Below, piece after piece: positions 1 to 13,490 of a stretch of DNA of 34,882 bases. The stretch's first letter is position 1; each line of letters starts with the position of its first letter. Source of the stretch: a virus. The stretch lies in the UHGV virus genome UHGV-0371280, one strand, 5' to 3'. The notes under the pieces are model-generated. The model was not told the DNA's origin, did no database searches, and was given only the letters and a program-made list of their open reading frames with translations. The translations under genes and the position numbers were made by a program.

Positions 1-2114
1 CCGATACTCCCGACAATCCCCACCATTGCCTGCTTAAGCAGAATTTCTGTCATCATGGACAGCACGGAACGGGTGAAGCTGCGCCAGTTCTGCTCACTGC
101 CGGTCAGCATCGCCGCCATATTCTGCGCAATACCATCAAAGGTCTGCGCGGCTGCACTTTTAACCTGCGACATACTGTCCGTGGCGCTCTCTTCCCACTC
201 ACTCCAGCCGGACTTCAGGCCTGCCATCCAGCTCCCGCGAAGCTGGTCTTCAGCCGCCCAGGTCTTTTTCTGCTCTGACATGACGTTATTCAGCGCCAGA
301 GGATTATCGCCATACTGTTCCTTCAGGCGCTGTTCTGTGGCTTCCCGCGCTGCCTGCCGGTCAGTCAGCCCCCGGTTTTTCGCATCAATGGCGGCCCGTT
401 TTGCCCGTTGCTGCTGTGCGAATTTATCCGCCTGCTGCGCCAGCGCGTTCAGGCGCTCCTGATACGTAACCTTGTCGCCAAGTGCAGCCAGCTGGCGTTT
501 GTACTCCAGCGTCTCATCTTTATGCGCCAGCAGGGATTTCTCCTGTGCGGATAGCTGGCGACGTTGTGCCGCCTCCTCCAGTACCGCGAACTGATTTTCA
601 GCCTTCCACAAATCCCGGCGCTGCTGGCTGATTTTCTCATTCGCTCCGGCATGCTTCTCCAGCGTCCGGAGTTCTGCCTGAAGCGTCAGCAGGGCAGCAT
701 GAGCACTGTCTTCCTGACGATCGCCCGCAGACACTTTCACGCCGGACTGTTTCGGCTTTTTCAGCGTCGCTTCATAATCCTTTTTCGCCGCCGCCATCAG
801 CGTGTTGTAATCTGCCTGCAGGATTTTCCCGTCTTTCAGTGCCTTGTTCAGTTCTTCCTGACGGGCGGTATATTTCTCCAGCGGTGTCTGCAGCCGTTCG
901 TAAGCCTTCTGCGCCTCTTCGGTATATTTCAGCCGTGACGCTTCGGTATCGCTCTGCTGCTGCGCATTTTTGTCCTGTTGAGTCTGCTGCTCAGCCTTCT
1001 TTCGGGCGGCTTCAAGCGCAAGACGGGCCTTTTCACGATCATCCCAGTAACGCGCCCGCGCTTCATCGTTAACAAAATAATCATCCTTGCGCAGATTCCA
1101 GATGTCGTCTGCTTTCTTAAACGCAGCCTCTGCCTTAATCAGCATCTCCTGCGCGGTATCAGGACGACCAATATCCAGCACCGCATCCCACATGGATTTG
1201 AATGCCCGCGCAGTCCTGTCTGCCCAGGTCTCCAGCGTGCCCATGTTCTCTTTCAGGCGGCGGGTCTGGTCATCAAACCCTTTCGTTGCGGCCTCGTTCG
1301 CCGCCTGCAATGCCCCGGCTTCATCGCCGGAACGCTGCAACTGAGCAACATACGCAATCTGCTCCGCCGTCACGTTATGGAACTGGCGTGCCATCGCCGT
1401 CAGCCCCGACGTCGGGTCTGTGGTCAGCTTCCCGAAGGCTTCAGCGACCTTGTCCACCTCCACGCCGGATGCAGAGGAGAAACGCGCCACACTCTGGCTG
1501 ATCGCCTCAAACTGCTCACCACCACGCACACCGGCATTCACCAGCGCCGTCAGTGACTCGCTGGTCTGGTTAAACGTCAGCCCTGCCGCCTGCCCGGCTC
1601 TGGACAGGACCAGCATACGATCTGCCGTCAGACCCGACTGATGACCGGAAAGGACCAGCGTTTTGTTGAAATCGGACAGGGTTGAGTTGCCCTGATACCA
1701 GGCATACGCCAGCGCACCGGTCGCCACCGCCAGCGAGGTGGCCCCCACCATCGGCAGGGTGATCGCACCGGCAAGCCCCCTGAACATGGGGATCATCCCG
1801 CCGAAGGAGTCCTTCACCTGCCCCCCCTGTTGCAGCAGGATCAGCCACGGACTTTGCCCGCCTGCAAGCTGCGTGGCCACGTCGGTGAACTGTGCAGGCA
1901 GCATACGCATGGCGGCTTTATACTGCCCGACGGAAATCCCCGCTTTCTGTGCAGCCAGCGCCTGTCGGCTCAGCGACTGTTCAACGACTGCCGCTGTTCT
2001 TTTCGCATCACTTTCCGTACCGGAAAAATGACGCCTGACTCTGGCCATCTGCTCGTCAAATCTGGCCGCATCCAGACTCAAATCAACGACCAGATCGCCT
2101 ACCGGTTCAGCCAT
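1..2114 (-). CDS. H: Tail tape measure protein (lambda H-like); 3' end runs off the left edge of the window
   Basis: Reverse-complement from ATG at 2114 translates MAEPVGDLVVDLSLDAARFDEQMARVRRHF..., the lambda gpH N-terminus, and stays open to position 1. Start overlaps the T-frame stop, as in lambda. Confidence 0.92.
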   Translation of the reverse strand, partial: MAEPVGDLVVDLSLDAARFDEQMARVRRHFSGTESDAKRTAAVVEQSLSRQALAAQKAGISVGQYKAAMRMLPAQFTDVATQLAGGQSPWLILLQQGGQVKDSFGGMIPMFRGLAGAITLPMVGATSLAVATGALAYAWYQGNSTLSDFNKTLVLSGHQSGLTADRMLVLSRAGQAAGLTFNQTSESLTALVNAGVRGGEQFEAISQSVARFSSASGVEVDKVAEAFGKLTTDPTSGLTAMARQFHNVTAEQIAYVAQLQRSGDEAGALQAANEAATKGFDDQTRRLKENMGTLETWADRTARAFKSMWDAVLDIGRPDTAQEMLIKAEAAFKKADDIWNLRKDDYFVNDEARARYWDDREKARLALEAARKKAEQQTQQDKNAQQQSDTEASRLKYTEEAQKAYERLQTPLEKYTARQEELNKALKDGKILQADYNTLMAAAKKDYEATLKKPKQSGVKVSAGDRQEDSAHAALLTLQAELRTLEKHAGANEKISQQRRDLWKAENQFAVLEEAAQRRQLSAQEKSLLAHKDETLEYKRQLAALGDKVTYQERLNALAQQADKFAQQQRAKRAAIDAKNRGLTDRQAAREATEQRLKEQYGDNPLALNNVMSEQKKTWAAEDQLRGSWMAGLKSGWSEWEESATDSMSQVKSAAAQTFDGIAQNMAAMLTGSEQNWRSFTRSVLSMMTEILLKQAMVGIVGSI

Positions 2115-2547
2115 ACCGGACTCCTCCTGCGATCCCTTCTGATACTGTCATCAGCATTACGTCATCCTCCGTCATGTCCGCCACATCCGGGGAAGTAGGG
2201 ATAACTTCATTCCCGTCCGGGCCAAAGCGGACACCTCCGGCAAGCCCTGCCGCTTTCTGCATCAGCACATCATCTTCAGGCTCTTCGTCAGCCTCGCGCC
2301 GGTTCAGCAGACTGAAATCCAGCGGATGCATATCCGGATCGCTGAAAAACAGGCTGAGCACGGTGTACGTCAGCCCGGAAAAGTGCATATCCAGCAGAAC
2401 ATCATGAAAATAATGGGTACTGTAAAAGCGGTGCCAGTCGGCATACTCCGTGGATGACATCCCGGCAAGCATGGCACGCCAGTCGGGGCGCCCCATCTCA
2501 CGCGCCAGTTTCAGGGCAAAACTCAGCTCACCATCGAACACTTTCCC
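2107..2547 (-). CDS. T: T-frame portion of the tail assembly chaperone G-T fusion (made by -1 frameshift from G)
   Basis: ORF 2107-2541 (144 aa, ...FDGELSFALKLAREMGRPDWRAMLAGMSSTEYADWHRFY...) matches lambda gpT. It lies in the -1 frame relative to G and has no independent ATG. Confidence 0.88.
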   Translation of the reverse strand, partial: GKVFDGELSFALKLAREMGRPDWRAMLAGMSSTEYADWHRFYSTHYFHDVLLDMHFSGLTYTVLSLFFSDPDMHPLDFSLLNRREADEEPEDDVLMQKAAGLAGGVRFGPDGNEVIPTSPDVADMTEDDVMLMTVSEGIAGGVRYG

Positions 2548-2945
2548 GCAGAAACAGGCTCTGCAGGCCCGGCGTCCTCTGTCTGTTCAGGAGCATCATT
2601 CACCACAAACTCATACATACCGGACAGCCGGTACACCACGTTTTCAGCATGAGAAATTGCCTCCGTGGGCCAGGTGGTAAGCACTTCCTGCTCAATCTGT
2701 TTAACGGCTTCATTCATGGAAGGCATCTGCGTCTTCTGCGGATGGTTATGCCACAGGGACATCGCCACCAGAAACGCGCCGGTTCTGATGGCGTCTTCCA
2801 CAGTAAACTTCCGGTTGCTGTCTGACTCCGCCTGTTCTGCCTGCCGTTTCATCAGGGCGAGATGCTCAATACGCTGCAGGGCTGACAGTTCAGAAAGCGT
2901 GACGGTCACACCGTTATGTTCAAATGATTCGGTTTTCAGGAACAT
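2523..2945 (-). CDS. G: Tail assembly chaperone G
   Basis: 140 aa ORF MFLKTESFEHNGVTVTLSELSALQRIEHLALMKRQAEQ... matches lambda gpG in length and sequence; ATG start. Confidence 0.95.
   Translation of the reverse strand: MFLKTESFEHNGVTVTLSELSALQRIEHLALMKRQAEQAESDSNRKFTVEDAIRTGAFLVAMSLWHNHPQKTQMPSMNEAVKQIEQEVLTTWPTEAISHAENVVYRLSGMYEFVVNDAPEQTEDAGPAEPVSAGKCSMVS
2541..2547 (-). other. Programmed -1 ribosomal frameshift slippery heptamer G_GGA_AAG (G to G-T)
   Basis: Minus strand reads gcG GGA AAG tgt at the G codons ...SAGKC..., 6 codons before the G stop; the T frame opens exactly here. Confidence 0.85.
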
Positions 2946-2960
2946 CGCTGACTCTCCGGA

Positions 2961-3701
2961 TTAACTGGCGGTGACGTTGATTTCTGCAACCGCAGCAAAC
3001 TCACCATTACCGGATACGACCGGAATGTTGACCTTGCCTGCAGCAACACCTTTCACGGTGATGGTCATACCACTGACCGACACGGTGGCTTTTGTTTTAT
3101 CCGCAGACACCGCACGGAAGCTCTTGTCGGTTGCGCCCTCCGGCTGGAATGCCACGGTCAGCGTGGTGCTCTGCCCTTTCACTACGGAAGCACTGGCGGG
3201 TGTCACCGTCATGCCGGTTGTCGCCGTCACCGTGCTGCGATCTTCTGCCATCGACGGACGTCCCACATTGGTGACCTTCACCGTGCGGGTAATCACTTCC
3301 TTCGCCGTCACCGCCTTACCGATACTGCTGACCCAGCCACGGAACACATCGACCGTGCCGTTCGGGAAGCGGATTTTATAGGCACGGGTATCACCTTCAT
3401 TAAACCACGCCAGCAGCGCCTGCTGCCCCTGCTCTCCGGGCATCCACGCCAGCGTGAAGCTGGTATCTCCGGCAGATTTCTGCCCCTGCCCGGTCGCAGT
3501 CCAGTCTGCATCTTTATCATCGAGATAGCTGTCGTCATAGGACTCAGCGGTCAGTTCGCCGGGCGTCAGGTCTTTAACTTTTGCCAGACGCGACCAGTCA
3601 ACGTCTGAAAGCGGATTCGCATAAGGGTCACCGCTCCCCTTATAAACCCACAGGGTGGTCCCGGCACCTTTCACCGGCATTGTAGGATTTGGTACAGGCA
3701 T
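2961..3701 (-). CDS. V: Major tail tube protein V
   Basis: From internal ATG at 3701: [36 protein letters not shown]..., 246 aa as lambda gpV. The ORF-track start at 3731 is an upstream extension. Confidence 0.95.
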   Translation of the reverse strand: MPVPNPTMPVKGAGTTLWVYKGSGDPYANPLSDVDWSRLAKVKDLTPGELTAESYDDSYLDDKDADWTATGQGQKSAGDTSFTLAWMPGEQGQQALLAWFNEGDTRAYKIRFPNGTVDVFRGWVSSIGKAVTAKEVITRTVKVTNVGRPSMAEDRSTVTATTGMTVTPASASVVKGQSTTLTVAFQPEGATDKSFRAVSADKTKATVSVSGMTITVKGVAAGKVNIPVVSGNGEFAAVAEINVTAS

Positions 3702-3708
3702 AGCGTCC

Positions 3709-4104
3709 TCACATTTCATAGGTAATGACATAAGTCAGATCGGCTGAACTCCACAGGCCCGCATCATCGTCGCGCCGGTAGTCATAGCCACTGGCCACCA
3801 TACTGGTGATCAAATCTGACAGTGCCGGGATATCGCTCATCACCGGATAAATCCGGGACTCCATCCACGCATCCAGCTCTGAATCCGGCACCTGAGCAGG
3901 CAGGAAAACTTCGATATGCAGCTCCGCCTGCCAGGTATCGCTGTCCAGCTCTTCGCCCGTGTATTCAGCGCCGGTGAGATAAACGGCAACTGCCGGAAAA
4001 TCCGCCTCATCAAAAACAGCGGGGCGACCATCAAAAAACGTCGCCCCGGTGTCATGCTTCTCCAGTGCATCCAGTACGGCTGCACGGAGTTCAGTATGTT
4101 TCAT
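3709..4104 (-). CDS. U: Tail terminator protein U
   Basis: 131 aa [54 protein letters not shown]... matches lambda gpU; ATGA overlap with the Z stop. Confidence 0.95.
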   Translation of the reverse strand: MKHTELRAAVLDALEKHDTGATFFDGRPAVFDEADFPAVAVYLTGAEYTGEELDSDTWQAELHIEVFLPAQVPDSELDAWMESRIYPVMSDIPALSDLITSMVASGYDYRRDDDAGLWSSADLTYVITYEM

Positions 4105-4679
4105 CGCTTTATTACCATTCTCAGTTGATGCTGCAGCGCATAGCCCAGCTCTTTCGGAAGACGTTCACGCCGTATCCGCTCAATATTCTGTTTAAACGCC
4201 GTGGTCAGCGGCACCGCCATCGGGATTTTCACCACATCAATGGGGTAACGGTTTTTCCCGGCCACACGCTGCATGACATGCCACCGGCCATTTTTCAGTT
4301 GCTGAATAAACGCGCCGGGAATACGACGGTTTCCCACCACAAGCACGCTGCCGCCACCTTTCAGGGATGAACGCTGCCCCTTTTTACGACGCCTGCGTCG
4401 GGACAGGACAACCCGCGCGTTACCCAGCTTGATTACGGGCAAATCCCCCCGGTTAACCTTGATTCTGGCCTGCGGATTTTTAACCGTGGCCCTTTTCAGC
4501 CTGGCCCTTTCCTTTACCAGTTTCCGGCGTACCTTTGTCTCACGGGCAACCTGTGACGCCGACTGCGATATCGCGGATGAAGCAACGCGGTTAATGGCCA
4601 TTGCGGCGGCACCGGGCACCGCCGTTCTGCTGATACGGCTGAGGTTTTCAACGGCCTGCTCAAGACCTTTTATGGCCAT
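4101..4679 (-). CDS. Z: Tail completion protein Z
   Basis: 192 aa, same length as lambda gpZ, in the conserved position between FII and U; sequence recognised as gpZ from memory. Confidence 0.93.
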   Translation of the reverse strand: MAIKGLEQAVENLSRISRTAVPGAAAMAINRVASSAISQSASQVARETKVRRKLVKERARLKRATVKNPQARIKVNRGDLPVIKLGNARVVLSRRRRRKKGQRSSLKGGGSVLVVGNRRIPGAFIQQLKNGRWHVMQRVAGKNRYPIDVVKIPMAVPLTTAFKQNIERIRRERLPKELGYALQHQLRMVIKR

Positions 4680-4690
4680 ACATCCCCCTT

Positions 4691-5044
4691 TCAGCGGCGA
4701 CGGTTAACGGCAGGCGGTACGCCCCGCCCAAGCCAGAGATGACAGCTTCCGCCATCATCCGGCGAAATCCGGTCTATCCAGAAGTTTTCCTCACCGATGG
4801 TCAGCGTGTCGCCGCGCCGCAGCTGCCGCACATCATCAGTCCGGACAAACAGGGACGGGCTGGAGCCTTCAACGCGCACGCCCTGTCCGGCATAGCTGAT
4901 ATTTTCAGGGTCATCAAAAACACCACGTATCACAGCACCGGACTGCTCACCGGATGTCATGGTGGCTGACGTTCCCATGTACCCGCGTATCGTTTCATCG
5001 GCGCGGGCAATGGCAGCATCGAACAGGTTATCGAAATCAGCCAC
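4691..5044 (-). CDS. FII: Head-tail joining protein FII
   Basis: 117 aa MADFDNLFDAAIARADETIRGYMGTSATMTSGEQSGAVIRGVFDDPENISYAGQG... matches lambda gpFII. Confidence 0.95.
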   Translation of the reverse strand: MADFDNLFDAAIARADETIRGYMGTSATMTSGEQSGAVIRGVFDDPENISYAGQGVRVEGSSPSLFVRTDDVRQLRRGDTLTIGEENFWIDRISPDDGGSCHLWLGRGVPPAVNRRR

Positions 5045-5055
5045 AGCGCCTCCCG

Positions 5056-5451
5056 TTATTGCATTCTGGCCAGGCCGCGCTCTGTCATTTCAGCTGACAC
5101 ACCGGCAGAGACACGGAACGCCGTTCCCGGCAGCACAAATGCCACAGCCTCATCCCGCGTGGCGTGAAGTGCATCAGTATGCAGCGTCACCAGTGCCACA
5201 ACCGTGACCAGATCAGCCGTATCAGTCACGGTATCCGGCTGCGCTGATACAACCTCATTTTCATGTCCGGTCAGCGCATTTTCCGGGCTGACAGATGTGT
5301 CCTGACCGGCAGCGTCATCCGTGTCATCAAGCTCCTCTTCCAGCTCTGCCACACGGAGCACCAGTTCTTCTTTCGTCCCCGTCAGGCTGACATCACGGTT
5401 CAGTTGCTCACCCAGCACCTGAAGACGGGCAATCAGTTCATCTTTCGTCAT
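5056..5451 (-). CDS. FI: DNA packaging protein FI
   Basis: From ATG at 5451: MTKDELIARLQVLGEQLNRDVSLTGTKEEL..., about 131 aa as lambda gpFI. The ORF-track start at 5490 is a 13-codon extension. Confidence 0.92.
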   Translation of the reverse strand: MTKDELIARLQVLGEQLNRDVSLTGTKEELVLRVAELEEELDDTDDAAGQDTSVSPENALTGHENEVVSAQPDTVTDTADLVTVVALVTLHTDALHATRDEAVAFVLPGTAFRVSAGVSAEMTERGLARMQ

Positions 5452-5492
5452 GGACTCCTCCACAGAGAGAAAATGGCCCCGAAGGGCCATGA

Positions 5493-6518
5493 TTACGCCA
5501 GTTGTACGGACACGAACGCATCAGGGTCAGCCAGCAGCATCAGCGGTGCTGACTGAATCATGGTGAACTCACGCGCCGGATCGCCGGTGGTCACCCAGTT
5601 TTTCGGGTAGCGGGCAGAGGCGTTAATACCTTCGCGCTGTGCGTCCGCATCCTGAATGCAGCCATAGGTGCGCAGACCGCGTGCCTGAGTGTTCCCCAGC
5701 ACCATCGTGTTGTCCGGCAGGAAGTTCTTTTTGACGTCGTTTTCCACGTACTGTCCGGAATACACGACGATCGCCGTATCGCCATACATCCCCTTATAGG
5801 ACACCGCTTCGCCCAGGTCTTTTACCGCTGTCTCCAGCTCGGAATTAGAGCCGCGACGGGTATCCAGCTTCTCCTTGACGGCTTTGAAGGAACGGAACAG
5901 CGCCCAGCCTTTCGGATCAAACACGATGATATTCACCACTCCGCTGGCGTTCAGCGCGTAGGCTTCGATATCGTCGGTCGGGTCATACGTGGACTTGTCA
6001 CGCTTGCTCCACTCCGTACCACCGGACTGTGTGATGTTGTTCGCCGCACTGCGGCCCATATCCACCTCAACCGGATCGAAGGCTTCACCGGTCATGGTGT
6101 ATTTGCCCTTAAGCACAGCAGAAACTGCCTGCATCTCTTCGACCTGAGCAATGGCCAGCTCTTCGTCTCGCATGTTCTGCATGATGATGCGACGGCGGCG
6201 GTAAGCCGGGTCCGCCAGATTCTGCGGATCTTCATCCGGCAGGCGACGCAGGGTCATCTGCGGATTCACCTCATGCTTGGGTTTGACATATCCCGGCGTA
6301 AATTCAGAGGTGGAGCCGCCACGGGAACGGATAACCTCACCGGAAACAATCGGCGAAACGTACAGCGCCATGTTTACCAGTCCCGGAATTTGTGAGAGAT
6401 AGACTTTCTCCGTGGTGAAGGGATAGCTCTCACGGAAAAAGAGACGCAGAAACAGCGGATCAAACTTAAATTTCTTCTCATTTGCCGCCAGCAGCTGGGC
6501 GGTTGTGTACATCGACAT
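5493..6518 (-). CDS. E: Major capsid protein E
   Basis: From ATG at 6518: MSMYTTAQLLAANEKKFKFDPLFLRLFFRESYPFTTEKVYLSQIPGLVNMALYVSPIVSGEVIRSRGGSTSEF..., 341 aa as lambda gpE. Confidence 0.96.
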   Translation of the reverse strand: MSMYTTAQLLAANEKKFKFDPLFLRLFFRESYPFTTEKVYLSQIPGLVNMALYVSPIVSGEVIRSRGGSTSEFTPGYVKPKHEVNPQMTLRRLPDEDPQNLADPAYRRRRIIMQNMRDEELAIAQVEEMQAVSAVLKGKYTMTGEAFDPVEVDMGRSAANNITQSGGTEWSKRDKSTYDPTDDIEAYALNASGVVNIIVFDPKGWALFRSFKAVKEKLDTRRGSNSELETAVKDLGEAVSYKGMYGDTAIVVYSGQYVENDVKKNFLPDNTMVLGNTQARGLRTYGCIQDADAQREGINASARYPKNWVTTGDPAREFTMIQSAPLMLLADPDAFVSVQLA

Positions 6519-6573
6519 AAAAAAATCCCGTAAAAAAAGCCGCACAGGCGGCCTTTAGTGATGAAGGGTAAGG

Positions 6574-6906
6574 TTAAACGATGCTGATTGCCGTTCCGGC
6601 AAACGCGGTCCGTTTTTTCGTCTCGTCGCTGGCAGCCTCCGGCCAGAGCACATCCTCATAACGGAACGTGCCGGACTTGTAGAACGTCAGTGTGGTGCTG
6701 GTCTGGTCAGCAGCAACCGCAAGAATGCCAACGGCAGCACCGTCGGTGGTGCCATCCCACGCAACCAGCTTACGGGTGGAGGTGTCCAGCATCAGCGGGG
6801 TCATTGCAGGCGCTTTCGCACTCAATCCGCCGGGCGCGGTTGCGGTATGAGCCGGGTCACTGTTGCCCAGCGGCTGGTAATGGGTAAAGGTTTCTTTGCT
6901 CGTCAT
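6574..6906 (-). CDS. D: Capsid decoration protein D
   Basis: From ATG at 6906: [43 protein letters not shown]..., 110 aa as lambda gpD. Confidence 0.95.
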   Translation of the reverse strand: MTSKETFTHYQPLGNSDPAHTATAPGGLSAKAPAMTPLMLDTSTRKLVAWDGTTDGAAVGILAVAADQTSTTLTFYKSGTFRYEDVLWPEAASDETKKRTAFAGTAISIV

Positions 6907-6915
6907 AAACATCCC

Positions 6916-7521
6916 TTACACTGGTGTGTTCAGCAAATCGTTAACGGCATCAGATGCCGGGTTACCTGCAGCCAGCGGTGCCGGTGCCCCCTGCATCAGA
7001 CGATCCAGCGCAGTGTCACTGCGCGCCTGTGCACTCTGTGGTGCTGCGGCCAGAATACGGCGGGCCGTTTCCACGGTCATACCGGGGGTTTCGGCCAGCA
7101 CGCGTGCCTGTTCTTCGCGTCCGTGAGCCTCCTCACAGTTGAGGATCCCCATAATGCGGCTGTTTTCTGCCGCAACCGCTGCGGTGATCTGCGCGTTCAC
7201 GTCCGGCTGCGCCGCGCTGGCGTTCTCGCCCTCCGTCGCTTGCACCACGCCAGTAACGTCAGCCTGCGAAGCAGTGGCTGAAACAGTTGTTGATTGAGTC
7301 TCTTTGGTCATTCGCCCTCCTGAGAGACGGGATTTACGTGCATCCAGTGCATCACGCATGACGGTGATCGCATCGGTACTGTTAACAAGTTCATCAGCCA
7401 GTCCGGCATCAATGGCCTCCTGACCGCTGTACACTGCAGCCTCGGTATCCAGCACAGCCTGCACGGACAGGCCGGTATATGCCGACACCTTCTGCGCAAA
7501 CATCCGGCGGGTTGCATCCAT
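6916..7521 (-). CDS. Nu3: Scaffolding protein Nu3 (internal in-frame start within C, shared stop)
   Basis: Internal ATG at 7521, in frame with C, gives 201 aa starting MDATRRMFAQKVSAYTGLSVQ..., matching lambda Nu3 length and sequence. Confidence 0.7.
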   Translation of the reverse strand: MDATRRMFAQKVSAYTGLSVQAVLDTEAAVYSGQEAIDAGLADELVNSTDAITVMRDALDARKSRLSGGRMTKETQSTTVSATASQADVTGVVQATEGENASAAQPDVNAQITAAVAAENSRIMGILNCEEAHGREEQARVLAETPGMTVETARRILAAAPQSAQARSDTALDRLMQGAPAPLAAGNPASDAVNDLLNTPV

Positions 7522-8215
7522 CCGGGACTGCAGTGTTTCCCGGACATCACCCGGTAGATGGCTGTAGGGGTTGCCATCCACCTTATGGCTGCCGCTGTAA
7601 ATCAGCGTGATTTCCACGCCCTGTTTCTCCAGCGCAGCGCCGTAATTACTGTGAGCCATCATGACGCCGATGGAGCCTGTCCGGGCGGTCTGCGTGACCA
7701 GACGCCGGGAGGCGGCGCTGGCAAGCAGCTGACCTGCACTGCAGTTCATGTCGTTGGCCAGCGCCCATACCGGCTTTATGTCACGCACACGGGCGATGAT
7801 GTCAGCACAGTCAAATGCTCCCGCCACCATCCCGCCCGGTGTGTCCATATCGAGCAGAATGCCGTCCACCATCGGATCGCTGGCAGCCTGTTGCAGACGG
7901 GCGATAATGCCGTTGTAACCGGTCATTCCCGAATACGGCTGCAGCGCCCGCGTCCGGCTGACCAGCGTACCGGACACCGGCAGCACGGCGATGCCGTTCA
8001 TGACCTGATAACTGCGGGCCTGTCGTGGTCCGTCATCATCACCGGATAACGCCAGCGCCGCGGGTGCCTCTCCGGCAGTCAGGCTGTCGCCGGATACTGC
8101 ATCCGTCAGGCGACTGATCCCAAGCTGGCCTGCAAGCGCACAAAAGAAAACCCGCGCATAGGCGGGTTCAAGCATCAGCGGCTCATTAAAAGCCATGCTG
8201 GCAATATGCGGGAGA

Positions 8216-8235
<20 letters not shown>
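6916..8235 (-). CDS. C: Minor capsid protein C (head maturation protease)
   Basis: In-frame GTG at 8235 gives 439 aa starting (V/M)TAELRNLPHIASMAFNEPLMLEPAYARVFF..., the lambda gpC length. 20-nt overlap with the B stop. Confidence 0.92.
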
Positions 8236-11916
<3,681 letters not shown>

Positions 11917-11942
<26 letters not shown>

Positions 11943-12462
11943 TCAGCAACCCCGGTATCAGTTCATCCAGCGCGGCTGCTTTGTTCATGGCTTTGATGAT
12001 ATCCCGTTTCAGGAAATCAACATGTCGGTTTTCCAGTTCCGGAAAACGCCGCTGCACCGACAGGGGGATCCCGTCGAGAATACTGGCAATTTCACCTGCG
12101 ATCCGCGACAGCACGAAAGTACAGAATGCGGTTTCCACCACTTCAGCGGAGTCTCTGGCATTTTTCAGCTCCTGTGCGTCGGCCTGCGCACGCGTAAGTC
12201 GATGGCGTTCGTACTCAATAGTCCCTGGCTGGAGATCTGTCTCGCTGGCCTGCCGCAGTTCTTCAACTTCCCGGCGCAGCTTTTCGTTCTCAATTTCAGC
12301 ATCCCTTTCGGCATACCATCTTATAACGGCGGCAGAGTCATAAAGCACCTCATTACCCTTGCCACCGCCTCGCAGAACGGGCATTCCCTGTTCCTGCCAG
12401 TTCTGAATGGTACGGATACTCGCACCGAAAATGTCAGCCAGCTGCTTTTTGTTGACTTCCAT
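11917..12462 (-). CDS. Nu1: Terminase small subunit Nu1
   Basis: 181 aa MEVNKKQLADIFGASIRTIQNWQEQGMPVLRGGGKGNEVLYDSAAVIRWYAERDAEIENEKLRREVEELRQ... matches lambda gpNu1. Confidence 0.96.
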
Positions 12463-12680
12463 TGTTCATTCCACGGACAAAAACAGAGAAAGGAAACGAC
12501 AGAGGCCAAAAAGCCCGTTTTCAGCACCTGTCGTTTCCTTTCTTTTCACGGGGTGTTTTAAATAAAAACATTAGGTTACGGCGAAGAAGAACGGAAACGC
12601 CTTAAACCGGAAAATTGTCATAAATAGCGAAAACCCGCGCGCCTTCCGCCCCGTGAGAGCTCAGGTCATCAGAAGGACCC
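12463..12680 (-). other. cos region: cosB closely matching lambda, plus a variant cosN 12-mer at 12640-12651
   Basis: Reverse-complement of 12463-12639 aligns almost base-for-base with the first ~190 nt of lambda (CGCGGGTTTTCGCTATTTATGA.AATTTTCCGGTTTAAGGCGTTTCCGTTCTTCTTCG...GGAAACGACAGGTGCTGAAA...). The position of the cohesive-end 12-mer reads GGGCGGAAGGCG instead of GGGCGGCGACCT. Confidence 0.8.
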
Positions 12681-12799
12681 ACATTAAAGGCAGAATATTC
12701 ACTCTGATATTACGCATTGTTTTGCTTTTGTAGATTCGCAATTTACGGTAAAAATACTTTTGCTATTTCTTCGTACCATAAATGCACAGGAGTATCTTC

Positions 12800-13120
12800 A
12801 TGTCCATAAAGGTATTCAGAAGTGACCTTCAGACTGAGAGTGAATCAGACTATCGTAATTGGCTTGGCGATAATCCAGACGGATATGTTGTCAATGCATT
12901 GAAGCGAACCAGAGGTAAAGGTAATAAATCTGACGAATGCTTTACCAGAATCCATAGAGCATCTTGCAAAACGATTAATCCCTTGAAACGCAAGATCGAT
13001 AAAACAGGATTCACAACTGGAGATTATCAAAAAATATGCTCAACCAACTTCCTCAATGTTGAAAATGAAGCAAAGAAAATGACAGGTCTGACAAGCATCA
13101 TCAAATGTCGATGCATCTAA
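12800..13120 (+). CDS. Hypothetical protein (AT-rich moron on the strand opposite the late genes)
   Basis: 106 aa from ATG 12800 (MSIKVFRSDLQTESESDYRNWLGDNPDGYVVNALKRTRGKGNK...), preceded by CAGGAGTA 6 nt upstream. Noticeably AT-rich compared with the flanking phage genes. No family recognised. Confidence 0.5.
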   Translation: MSIKVFRSDLQTESESDYRNWLGDNPDGYVVNALKRTRGKGNKSDECFTRIHRASCKTINPLKRKIDKTGFTTGDYQKICSTNFLNVENEAKKMTGLTSIIKCRCI

Positions 13121-13337
13121 AGCGTCATGTAATTAACATGTTCACAACACTCTCCGGGTGACCGCTAATGCTGTTGTCAGCCAAAAACTCTACGTTTCGA
13201 TTATGCCAATTTTGCACCGCCCGATGCCGATAAATGCGAAAATCCGGCGACTATGTAGCGTAATCAAATCAACGAGATACCACTTTCATGAAATAATTAT
13301 CATCTGTCAGTTCAATATCAATGTTGAGAGAGAATAA

Positions 13338-13490
13338 ATGAGAGGAATGCCAAGAGGAAGTCGAGGACAGAGGGCTGTCCAATCAACTGCAAGAAGAGCA
13401 AGACGATCAAATGCCAGCCATTCTGACCAATTAGGATGCCTGGCACTAATCATCGTTGGCCTGATATTTATCTATTTCATGGCTAATTAG
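13338..13490 (+). CDS. Possible small tail-anchored membrane peptide (50 aa)
   Basis: ATG 13338 to TAG 13488-13490: MRGMPRGSRGQRAVQSTARRARRSNASHSDQLGCLALIIVGLIFIYFMAN. Arg-rich N-terminus and one C-terminal hydrophobic helix. Purine-rich stretch upstream. Below the ORF-track size cutoff; coding status unproven. Confidence 0.25.
   Translation: MRGMPRGSRGQRAVQSTARRARRSNASHSDQLGCLALIIVGLIFIYFMAN

Noticed and set aside
55-2031. Multiple plus-strand ORFs (55-462, 564-938, 839-1072, 978-1556, 1087-1344, 1202-1501, 1420-1641, 1738-2031) and minus-strand 1570-1848
   Set aside because: All lie inside the minus-strand lambda H tape measure gene in other frames or antisense. They are GC-rich spurious frames with no RBS or family resemblance.
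2174-2964. Plus-strand ORFs 2174-2407, 2450-2680, 2454-2825, 2665-2964
   Set aside because: Antisense to the conserved lambda G and T genes.
2971-3538. Plus-strand ORF 2971-3381 and others overlapping V
   Set aside because: Antisense or alternate frames of lambda V; low-complexity translations.
6588-8049. Plus-strand ORFs 6588-6887, 6847-7281, 6896-7126, 6954-7142, 7558-8049 and minus-strand 7308-7577
   Set aside because: Overlap D and C/Nu3 in wrong frames or antisense; typical high-GC artefacts.
11981-12561. Plus-strand ORFs 11981-12343 and 12022-12561; minus-strand 12321-12527
   Set aside because: Antisense or alternate frames of Nu1 and cosB; cosB is a known noncoding protein-binding region.
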